Shown here: piece by piece, positions 46,002-54,124 of the stretch
Numbering within the stretch: the first letter of the stretch is position 1
Layout: each line of letters begins with the position of its first letter
Origin: Ktedonobacterales bacterium
Lineage (GTDB): Bacteria > Chloroflexota > Ktedonobacteria > Ktedonobacterales > DATBGS01
Direction of reading: 5' to 3'
NCBI GenBank assembly: GCA_036557285.1
Contig: DATBHW010000073.1
Coordinates: 551-64,550, forward strand
DNA length: 64,000 bases
Translations under genes and position numbers: made by a program
Notes under the pieces: model-generated
The model's database searches: none
Seen by the model: only the letters and a program-made list of their open reading frames with translations
Told to the model about the DNA's origin: nothing

Positions 46002-46427
46002 ATGTACGACGTAAGCGGACGTTGCCCGGTTTGTGGGGGACAAATGGCGATTACCCGCCTGGAGTGTGGGACGTGCCACAGCGCCCTGGAGGGGCAGTTT
46101 ACCGTGAATGGTTCAGGCCGAGGCGCTGGCGAAGGCGACAGCTACTTTGGCCGACTCGAACGCCTGAGCCGCGACCAGCTTGAGTTTGTTGAAGTATTCC
46201 TGCGTTGTCGCGGGATTATCAAAAATGTTGAGGCGATTCTTGATATTTCGTATCCTACCGTCAAAGCGCGGCTAAACAATGTGATTGAGAGCCTGGGTTT
46301 CCAGGTGGAAGAAGAGATGCCTGACCCTGAGCGCCGCCGCGAGCGCCGCGAAATCTTGCAGGAACTGGCCCAGGGCAAAATCACCACCGAAGAGGCCCAC
46401 CGCCGTCTGGCGGCGGAAAACGAATAA
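46002..46427 (+). CDS. DUF2089-like Zn-ribbon/HTH protein
   Basis: CPVCGGQM...CGTCH zinc ribbon and LSRDQLEFVEVFLRCRGIIKNVEAILDISYPTVKARL HTH. SHOCT-like tail QGKITTEEAHRRL. Confidence 0.75.
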   Translation: MYDVSGRCPVCGGQMAITRLECGTCHSALEGQFTVNGSGRGAGEGDSYFGRLERLSRDQLEFVEVFLRCRGIIKNVEAILDISYPTVKARLNNVIESLGFQVEEEMPDPERRRERREILQELAQGKITTEEAHRRLAAENE

Positions 46428-46447
46428 CACGACAGAGGGAGGGGATT

Positions 46448-48136
46448 ATGAGCAGCGAACAAACCGTCTCTGGCGGATTCAACCGTATCGAAATCGGGCG
46501 GGCCGAAGGCGAGCTAGAAGTGCTGGGCTGGGATGAGCCAACTATCCGTATTGTAGGGCATGATGAGGAGGACAGCCCCTACGCAGGCACTGAAGGCGTC
46601 CTGCGGCTGGAGCGTCTGCATGACGATGTGACCATCAGCGCGCCGCGCAGTGTCAGCCTCTATATCCTCAGTGCCAAGGGCGACGTGGTGATCCGTGGCA
46701 TTGGGGGGAACGTGCGCCTGGACGCGGGGGCTGGCGATGTGCAGGTACAGGACGTGGGCAGCGTGCAACTGGGCGCCATCAGCGGCGATACGCAGCTCGA
46801 AGGCTGCCAGGGGGACGCGCGCCTGAACGCTATTTCCGGCGATCTGGTGGCGCGCAACCTGGGGAGCCTGGAGATTACGGGCGCGGTCAACGGCGATCTT
46901 CAGGTGAACGATGTCGTTGGCGAGGTGAACTTGAGGCATACTGTCAATGGGGACGCGCACTTTGCCCATGTCGGCCATGTCGCTGTTTCTAACATGCGTG
47001 GCGATTGCCGCGTCACCCAGGCGGGCAGTGTGGTGGTCAGCAACCTGGGCGGGGATTTGGACGTAGAAGAGGTAGAAGGTTTCTGCCATATCCAGAACAT
47101 GCACGGCGACGCGAAGCTGCGGCAGTGCGGCGGGGTGGCGACGTTGGATAACGTGGGCGGCGATCTGCAAGCAACGGACATGCGCGGCGGCATTGCTACC
47201 GGCCATGTCAGCGGGGATGTCCGTCTGGATACTCCGCTGCTCAAAGACGCCGCCTATACGGTTCACGCTTCGGGCGACATTTCGCTGCGCGTGCGTGGCT
47301 CCTTGCACGCTCGCTTTGTGGCGCAGACGCTTGGGGGGACGATCCATACACGCCTGCCGCTTACGGTGGAGCGCGGGCGGCGGCGGCATCTGGTGGGGGC
47401 TATCGGACGAGCCGAGGCTGTTGTGACTTTGCAGAGTGATGGCGGCGACATCACGATCACCGCCGCCGATTCTACCCAGGAGGACTTCATGACCGACGAG
47501 TATAACGACACATTTGGGGACAGGGAAGAGGCTGCTACAGGCGGCGAAATGCGCTTTGGGCGCGGCTTTGGGCTCCGTTGGGACAGAGGACCAGGCCGCT
47601 TTACCTTTGCGACGGGCTATCGTGACGACCCTGATGGCCCAGGCGATCCGCGCATCCGCCGCGAGCGTGGCCGCAAGGGCAAGTTTCCTTTTGAGTGGGA
47701 CGAAACCCAGCGCGAAGACTATGAGCGCCGCATCCGCGAGATGAGTGATCGCACCGCTCAGGCCGCGCGCAAGGCCGCCGAGCGCGCCACTGAATATGCC
47801 GAGCGCGCCGCCAAGCGCGCCCGCGAAACCGATTGGGAATCCGTTGGCCGCGATGTGCGCAGTGCTATCGAGCGCGCGATGGGCGAGATGGAACATCTGC
47901 TTGAGCAGTTCCGAGGTGGCCCAGGCGCTCCTCCTCCCCCGCGCCCACCGCACGCGCCGCCCCCACCGCCCCGCCCCGGAAGCCAGGCGCAGCGCGTGCC
48001 AATTGAGCAAGATGAGCAGGCGGCTCCGCCCAACAAGGACGAGCAGGACGCGCGGCGGCGCACGATTCTTGAACAACTGCGCAGCGGCGCTATCTCGATG
48101 GATGAGGCCGAGCGCCAGCTTGATGGCCTGCGCTAA
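46448..48136 (+). CDS. DUF4097-like beta-helix repeat protein with a charged/Pro-rich C-terminal extension
   Basis: Many GD(V/L)xV repeats, then an RE-rich coiled segment, PPPPRPPHAPPPPPRP and a SHOCT-like SGAISMDEAERQL tail. GAGGGAGGGG SD. Confidence 0.7.
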   Translation: MSSEQTVSGGFNRIEIGRAEGELEVLGWDEPTIRIVGHDEEDSPYAGTEGVLRLERLHDDVTISAPRSVSLYILSAKGDVVIRGIGGNVRLDAGAGDVQVQDVGSVQLGAISGDTQLEGCQGDARLNAISGDLVARNLGSLEITGAVNGDLQVNDVVGEVNLRHTVNGDAHFAHVGHVAVSNMRGDCRVTQAGSVVVSNLGGDLDVEEVEGFCHIQNMHGDAKLRQCGGVATLDNVGGDLQATDMRGGIATGHVSGDVRLDTPLLKDAAYTVHASGDISLRVRGSLHARFVAQTLGGTIHTRLPLTVERGRRRHLVGAIGRAEAVVTLQSDGGDITITAADSTQEDFMTDEYNDTFGDREEAATGGEMRFGRGFGLRWDRGPGRFTFATGYRDDPDGPGDPRIRRERGRKGKFPFEWDETQREDYERRIREMSDRTAQAARKAAERATEYAERAAKRARETDWESVGRDVRSAIERAMGEMEHLLEQFRGGPGAPPPPRPPHAPPPPPRPGSQAQRVPIEQDEQAAPPNKDEQDARRRTILEQLRSGAISMDEAERQLDGLR

Positions 48137-48238
48137 AGACTGGCAGCAAAGACAAGGGCAGGCGTCCTCCAAAACAGGTGGAGGACGCCTGCCCTTGTCT
48201 TGTCGGCTGCTTTGACACCTCTTTTTGTCTGCCCTTAT

Positions 48239-48556
48239 GGTTCTCCCAAATCTGAGGTGTTGGCAAGCGAGGCGTGTTACTGGTAGCGCCGCCTCCCTTC
48301 GGGAAGGGCCGCTTGCCTCCCCCTGCGGGGAGCGGCCCTTGCGGGAACCAGGTTCCCGCATTCTCCCTCGCTGCGCTCGGTCGCGGGCCGCTGCTGTTGC
48401 CCCGTCCTCTCGCTCCCGGTGGTCGCTCGCGCGTCCCTCCTGGCGGCCAGCGTTGGCCTGCTGGTCCGCTGGCCTGGAGGGCGAACGCTCGCCAGGGCGC
48501 AGCGTTGGCCGCCTGGAAGGCGGCGCTACAAGTGGCCCCCGATAATTGGTGGAACC
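48239..48556. repeat. Family-A full MITE-like element (longest copy) with an 8-bp TSD
   Basis: Termini GGTTCTCCCAAATCTGAGG...CCCCCGATAATTGGTGGAACC. GCCCTTAT occurs at 48231-48238 and again at 48557-48564. Confidence 0.9.
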
Positions 48557-48646
48557 GCCCTTATGGGCGAGCTTGCGCAAAAGCCCTCAACCATGTTACA
48601 GTATGTAAGGTGAAGTGTTTTTTACACGAGGGGGAGGGAACATTAG

Positions 48647-48946
48647 ATGATCCGCCATGAACTCATCTTGCGCCTACGTAGTGATACCAATCGGGAGGTG
48701 ATTGATCGCACGCTGACCGATGTGAAAGAACTCCTGGCAGGCATTCCTGGCGTCATCGAGACGCGCTCTGGCGTCAATAACGCTCCGTCCTATCGGCACG
48801 CGCTGCTCGTTGTCTACGTGGAGAACGAGCGTGCGCTTCAGCGATTCAGCCGCCACCCGCTTCACGCGCGCGCGGTGCGCCTCCTCAGCCGTTTGACTGA
48901 ATCATATACCATTGCCAGCCTGCCCGTCGGCGTCCAGCCGAAATAA
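48647..48946 (+). CDS. Dabb (stress-responsive alpha/beta-barrel) domain protein
   Basis: MIRHELILRLR...GIPGVIETRSGVN...ALQRFSRHPLH pattern. Confidence 0.75.
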   Translation: MIRHELILRLRSDTNREVIDRTLTDVKELLAGIPGVIETRSGVNNAPSYRHALLVVYVENERALQRFSRHPLHARAVRLLSRLTESYTIASLPVGVQPK

Positions 48947-49070
48947 CCCGCTCTCTCTACTACCAATCAGCCATCTTCTGGCCGGAACATCGGATTGATG
49001 CTCCGGCTTTTTGCTGCCATCAGACGCCTGGCGGCGCCAGCCCTGCCCCGATAGGCGCAGCGTATGTACT

Positions 49071-49195
49071 TGCAGCGCCGCTCACTTGCGGCGCCGCCTG
49101 GAAGGTGGCTCATCGTCGGGCTACCGGAACGTTCGCGCTCCAGGGCAACCGCTCGCCCAGCCGCAGCGGCTAGCCGCCTGGAAGGCGGCGCTACA
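49071..49195. repeat. Family-A core copy (variant head TGCAGCGCCGC)
   Basis: Ends GCCGCCTGGAAGGCGGCGCTACA. Lies just downstream of the PPTase gene. Confidence 0.75.
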
Positions 49196-49259
49196 AGTAG
49201 GCAGCCGCCTGTCCGCCGCCGGGATGGCGGCGGTACCGGTACAGACGCCCGTAGGCGGT

Positions 49260-50021
49260 TTAACCGCCAGCCTGCTGCCAACATGTGAGAGAAGCAGGCT
49301 GCCCCTGCACAGCCAGCGCCGCAACGTAGCCGGGACCAGGAGAGAGCGCGTGGAGCGACCAATCTGAGCTATCCTGGCCCTCTTCTCTGGTCGCCAGAAG
49401 TGCCGCTGGCTCCCCAGGAGCGAGCGAAACATCGAACAGGTTCAGGTCGAGCGAAAGACCCAGACCCCTCGCTTTGACATAGGCTTCTTTGCGGGTCCAG
49501 CAATTCAGGAAGGCTTCTTGCTTGTCCTGCGCAGCAACCGCCTGGAGCGCGTACACCTCATGGGGGGAGAAGAACCGCGTGGCGATTTGCTCATAGTCTG
49601 CGCCAGCGGGGCTGATCTGTTCGAGATCAATGCCGATAGCTCCGCAGCGTGTGATCGCGTAGAGGGCCAGGTCGTGGGAGTGCGCCAGATTGAAAAGCAG
49701 CGGCTCACTCCCTACTTCATCGGCGAGGGCTGGCTTGCCATATTCGTTGTAGGAGAAGCGCAGTGTCTGCGGCTCCCTGCTCAGATAGCGGCCCAGGATG
49801 CTTCTGAGCATGCCCCGCGCCGCGATAAAGCGGGCGCGGTCCCGTGAGAAGCGAAACTGCGACGCTCGCTGCCGTTCATCGGCAGCGAGCGTCTGCTCCA
49901 GCGCCTGCATATGTGACGCCGACAGGTTCAGCCTGGCGCGCCAGATATGCGCCTCGTCGGATGCTAAGATGGGTCGCTCTGGCGCCGCGCTCCAGAGGGA
50001 CTCCTGCGCGCTCAGCGTCAT
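49260..50021 (-). CDS. Sfp-type 4'-phosphopantetheinyl transferase
   Basis: GIDLEQI and WTRKEAYVKARG motifs. Start ATG 50021 overlaps the NRPS stop (ATGA). Confidence 0.85.
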   Translation of the reverse strand: MTLSAQESLWSAAPERPILASDEAHIWRARLNLSASHMQALEQTLAADERQRASQFRFSRDRARFIAARGMLRSILGRYLSREPQTLRFSYNEYGKPALADEVGSEPLLFNLAHSHDLALYAITRCGAIGIDLEQISPAGADYEQIATRFFSPHEVYALQAVAAQDKQEAFLNCWTRKEAYVKARGLGLSLDLNLFDVSLAPGEPAALLATREEGQDSSDWSLHALSPGPGYVAALAVQGQPASLTCWQQAGG

Positions 50022-53000
50022 ACCCGCTCTAGCTCGGCCTCCTGAACTTTTGCCAGGCAGGCGCTGAACTCTTCGGCCAGGCTGGAAAGGTGTTTGGTGA
50101 GGCAGCTCAGATGATCGCCAGGAATGACGTGCAGTTCCGTTTCTTGCGCGGCATCGGCAAGCCCGCGCCATTCGCTGGAGTCAGCGACTTCCTCTTTTGC
50201 CCAGAAGAACGTGATCTTGCCAGGATAAGCGCCAGGCGTATAAGCGGCTAACATCCAGGCAGTCATTGACCAGCGATCCCGGCAAAGCGTCGCCAGGGTT
50301 GGGAAAATCGCGCGGAGGCTGGGAAACGCCGCGCTCCCCTTGCCACGCCTGCGCCCGGCCTTGTTCATCTCCCGCCGGTACGGCGCAAACCGCAGGTACT
50401 TATAGAGGTGCCGTACCCACAGGAACGAATAGAACTGGCGATATTCTCCGATCCGCAGCGCCTTGCCAGGCAGGCTGATCGCGCGGCGCGTCAATTTGTC
50501 GGAGGCCGGAGCAGGCGGTGTGGGGTCAATCAAAACCAGCAAATCAACCTGCTGCCCTTGCCCTTGAAGCTGCCGGGCTATTTCATAGGCCAGCAGACCG
50601 CCGATGCAAAAGCCGCCCAGCAGATACGGACCTTCCGGCTGAATGGCCTGGATTGACCTTACATGCGTGGCCGCCATCGCCTCGAATGTGGGCGGAGCCT
50701 GCCGGGTATCAAACTTATACGGCTCGACGGTGTAGAAAGGCTGTTCTGGCCCCAGGTGATCAGCCAGGGGGAAGCAGTAGTAAGCGCCGCCGATGCGATC
50801 CTCGTGCATATAGAAGATCGGGCGTCTGGAACCGCCGGATTGAACCGCCACCACCGGCGCTTCGGCGATGGTAATGTCTTGTGACAGAATCTCGGCAAGC
50901 TGTTCAATCGTTGGCCCCGCAAAGAAGGTCGCCAGCGGAATCTTTTTGCCAAAGACCTGCTCGATGCCATTGACCAGGCGGGCTGCAAGGAGTGAATGCC
51001 CGCCTAAGAAGAAGAAGTTATCCCTGATCCCGATGGGCCGCGCCTCCAACAGTTCCTCCCAGAGATGGATCAGTTGATAGTGGACCATAGACATGGGCGG
51101 AACATAGTGTTCTTCCGCCGCGCTGTCCAGTTCAGGCGCGGGCAAGGCGCGTCGGTCTATTTTGCCGTTGGGCGTCTCAGGGAAGGCATCCAGCGTGGTG
51201 AAGGCCGCAGGTATCATGTAATCCGGCAGGTATTCACGCAAAAAGCTGCGCAGTTCATTGGCCTTGATTTCTTGCTGCTGGTGCGCGACGACGTAGGCGA
51301 CCAGGCGTTTGTCGCCCGGTGTATCCTCGCGGGCCAGCACCACCGCCTGCCGCACCGCCGGGTGCTGGACCAGTGTCGTCTCGATTTCGCCCAGTTCGAT
51401 GCGGAAGCCGCGAATCTTCACCTGAAAATCAACGCGCCCCAAGTGATCGATCTGCCCATCGGCGCGATAGCGGGCCAGATCGCCGGTCCTGTAGAGGCGC
51501 GCGTCTGGCCTGGCGCTAAAGGGATGGGGAATGAATCGCTCGGCGGTTAACTCCGGGCGATTGAGATAGCCGCGAGCCAGGCCGTCGCCCCCAATATAGA
51601 GTTCGCCTGGCACGCCGATGGGCGTTGGATTCAGGTGGGCGTCAAGCACGTAGATTTCTGTGTTGGCAATCGGACGCCCAATCGAGAGATCGTCTGCCGA
51701 CTGAACCAGAGAAAGCGTAGACCAGATGGTCGTTTCCGTCGGGCCGTACATGTTCCAGACGGAACCCGCTCTCGGCAGAAGCTGCGCGGCCAGTTCCGGG
51801 GGGAAAGCTTCGCCGCCGCAGAGAATCTTCAAGTACGGGCTGCCCTGCCACCCGGCGGCCAGCAGCAGCCGCCAGGTAACGGGTGTCGCCTGCATCACCG
51901 TAGCGCCGGAACGGGCCATGAGTTCGGCCAGCGCCGCGCCGTTGACAGTCGTTTCCCGGCTGGCGATGATGACCCGCGCGCCGACGATCAGCGGCAGGAA
52001 GAGTTCAAGACCGGCAATATCGAATGAGAGCGTGGTGATAGCCAGCAGCCGATCATTCGCCGTCAGCCCTGGCTGCTGGCGCATCGAGAGCAGGAAGTTG
52101 ACGACGGCGCGATGGGGAATCTGAACGCCCTTTGGCTTCCCCGTCGAGCCAGAGGTATAAATCACATAGGCCAGGTTCTCGGGGTTGGCCTGGGAGACCG
52201 GATTGAGGCTGCTCTGCTGTTTGAGCAGCGCCGCGTCGGCATCCAGGCGAACAATTTTGGCTGCGCCAGCGGGCAGTTGTGTCGTCAGGCGCTGCTGTGT
52301 GACCAGCGCCATGACCTGGGCATCCTCCAGCATGAAGGCCAGCCGTTCCTGGGGAAAGGCCGGGTCCAGTGGAATGTAGGTTCCGCCCGCCTTGAGGATG
52401 CCCAGCAGGCCCACGACCATCTCCAAAGAGCGTTCCATATACAGGCCCACGCGCACATCCGGGCCGACTCCCAGCTTCTGGAGGTAATGAGCAAGCTGAT
52501 TTGCGCGCTGGTTCAGTGCTTGATAGGTCAGTTGTTCCTTCTCATACACCAGGGCTACCCCTTCTGGTGTTCGCTGCGCCTGCGCCTCAAAAAGCTGGTG
52601 AACACACTCGTTCTCAGGATAGGCTGCCTGGGTGGCATTCCATGCTACCAGCAGTTGGCTGCGCTCCGCTTCTGTCAGCAGCGGCAGCCGAGAAAGGGGC
52701 TGGTCGGGGTTGGCTGCGATGTCTTGGAGCAAGGTCTGGAAATGCCCGGCCATCCGCTCGATGGTGGCGGCCTCAAAGAGATCGATATTGTACTCCAGCG
52801 ATCCGACCAGGCTGCCCGCCTCTTCCCAGATGTAGAGGGTCAGATCGAACTTGGACATGCTGATCTCTACGTCTAGGGAAGAGAGCGACAACCCGGCAGC
52901 CTCGACAGCGGTTGGCGCGGCATTCTGGTCGGCAATGACCACCTGGAAGAGCGGCGAATGGCTCAGGCTGCGTTCGGGGTGCAGCGCCTCCACCAACTTC

Positions 53001-54118
53001 TCGAAGGGCAGTTCATGATGGGCATACGCCTCCAGCGCCATTTTGCGTACCCGCTTGAGCAGTTCCCGAAAGCCGGGGTCGCCCGAAAGATCGGTGCGCA
53101 GCACCAGCATCGTGACCAGATACCCGATCAACTCCTGAACCTCGCTGCGGTTGCGGTTGGCGATAGGCGAACCCACCACGATGTCTTCCTGCCCAGTATA
53201 GCGGGAAAGCAGCACGTTGAAAGCCGCCAGCAAAGTCATGAAGATCGTCGCGCCTTCCTGCTGACTCAACGTCTGAATCTGCTCGGTGAGCGCCCTGGAG
53301 AGTCGAAAATTGTGGACGGCCCCACGAAAGGTCTGGATGGCCGGGCGTGGATGATCGGTAGGCAAATCCAGCACTGCGGGAGCGTCGGCCAACTGCTGTT
53401 TCCAGTAGGTAAGCTGGTCTTCCATCCGCTCCCCTTGCAGCCACTCGCGGCGCCAGAGGGCATAATCAGCGTATTGGATGGGCAGTTCAGGCAGCGGTGA
53501 TGGCTGTCCGGCGGTGAAGGCGCTGTAGAGGGTGGTCAGTTCTCGGACCAGAATACCTACCGACCACCCATCAGAGATGATGTGGTGCATGAGCAGAAGC
53601 AGGATATGTTCCTGCTCCGTCAGCCGGAACAGCATGGTCCGCAGCAGCGGCCCCTGGGCAAGATCGAATGGGCGCGTTATCTCCTCATTGATGGACTGTA
53701 TGGCTCGCGGCCAGCGCGCGCGATCTTCCAGGTCGCGCAGGTCTACCACCGAAAAAGGTAACTGGAGGGAGGAGGCGATCATCTGCACCGGGCGACCCTC
53801 GATGGCGGGGAACGTGGTACGCAAGGACTCGTGGCGTTTCACGATTTCTTGCAGGCTTTGCTCAAGCGCGGCGAGGTCGAGCGGGCCACTCAGGCGCAGC
53901 GCGTAGGGCAGATTATACGCCGCGCTGCCTGGAGTCAGTTGGTCAATGAACCAGAGCGGCTCCTGGGCAAAGGAGAGCGGTGGGTTAGACATGACCTGGC
54001 TGCGGCGCGGGATCGCCGTCGGGGTGGTCGTCACTTTTTGCTGCTCGATGAGCCGCTTCAGCAGGATTTCGCGTTTCTCCGGGGAAAGGTCTGCAATGCG
54101 TTTTGACAGGTCACTCAT
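50018..54118 (-). CDS. NRPS module 3: C-A-T-TE
   Basis: C domain MHHIISDGWS. A domain LAYVIYTSGSTGKPKG, NMYGPTE, GELYIGG and PNGKIDRRALP. T domain FFFLGGHSLL. TE domain GPYLLGGFCIGG...IPGDH. Confidence 0.95.
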   Translation of the reverse strand: MSDLSKRIADLSPEKREILLKRLIEQQKVTTTPTAIPRRSQVMSNPPLSFAQEPLWFIDQLTPGSAAYNLPYALRLSGPLDLAALEQSLQEIVKRHESLRTTFPAIEGRPVQMIASSLQLPFSVVDLRDLEDRARWPRAIQSINEEITRPFDLAQGPLLRTMLFRLTEQEHILLLLMHHIISDGWSVGILVRELTTLYSAFTAGQPSPLPELPIQYADYALWRREWLQGERMEDQLTYWKQQLADAPAVLDLPTDHPRPAIQTFRGAVHNFRLSRALTEQIQTLSQQEGATIFMTLLAAFNVLLSRYTGQEDIVVGSPIANRNRSEVQELIGYLVTMLVLRTDLSGDPGFRELLKRVRKMALEAYAHHELPFEKLVEALHPERSLSHSPLFQVVIADQNAAPTAVEAAGLSLSSLDVEISMSKFDLTLYIWEEAGSLVGSLEYNIDLFEAATIERMAGHFQTLLQDIAANPDQPLSRLPLLTEAERSQLLVAWNATQAAYPENECVHQLFEAQAQRTPEGVALVYEKEQLTYQALNQRANQLAHYLQKLGVGPDVRVGLYMERSLEMVVGLLGILKAGGTYIPLDPAFPQERLAFMLEDAQVMALVTQQRLTTQLPAGAAKIVRLDADAALLKQQSSLNPVSQANPENLAYVIYTSGSTGKPKGVQIPHRAVVNFLLSMRQQPGLTANDRLLAITTLSFDIAGLELFLPLIVGARVIIASRETTVNGAALAELMARSGATVMQATPVTWRLLLAAGWQGSPYLKILCGGEAFPPELAAQLLPRAGSVWNMYGPTETTIWSTLSLVQSADDLSIGRPIANTEIYVLDAHLNPTPIGVPGELYIGGDGLARGYLNRPELTAERFIPHPFSARPDARLYRTGDLARYRADGQIDHLGRVDFQVKIRGFRIELGEIETTLVQHPAVRQAVVLAREDTPGDKRLVAYVVAHQQQEIKANELRSFLREYLPDYMIPAAFTTLDAFPETPNGKIDRRALPAPELDSAAEEHYVPPMSMVHYQLIHLWEELLEARPIGIRDNFFFLGGHSLLAARLVNGIEQVFGKKIPLATFFAGPTIEQLAEILSQDITIAEAPVVAVQSGGSRRPIFYMHEDRIGGAYYCFPLADHLGPEQPFYTVEPYKFDTRQAPPTFEAMAATHVRSIQAIQPEGPYLLGGFCIGGLLAYEIARQLQGQGQQVDLLVLIDPTPPAPASDKLTRRAISLPGKALRIGEYRQFYSFLWVRHLYKYLRFAPYRREMNKAGRRRGKGSAAFPSLRAIFPTLATLCRDRWSMTAWMLAAYTPGAYPGKITFFWAKEEVADSSEWRGLADAAQETELHVIPGDHLSCLTKHLSSLAEEFSACLAKVQEAELERV

Positions 54119-54124
54119 CTCACG

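Noticed and set aside
46514-48580. 688-aa ORF on the minus strand, the longest non-NRPS ORF in the track.
   Set aside because: It is antisense to the DUF4097-like gene, which has a strong SD, an operon partner and a recognisable repeat architecture. The antisense product is Arg/Ala/His-rich with no motifs, typical of a shadow ORF in GC-rich DNA. Its 5' part also runs through a family-A repeat.
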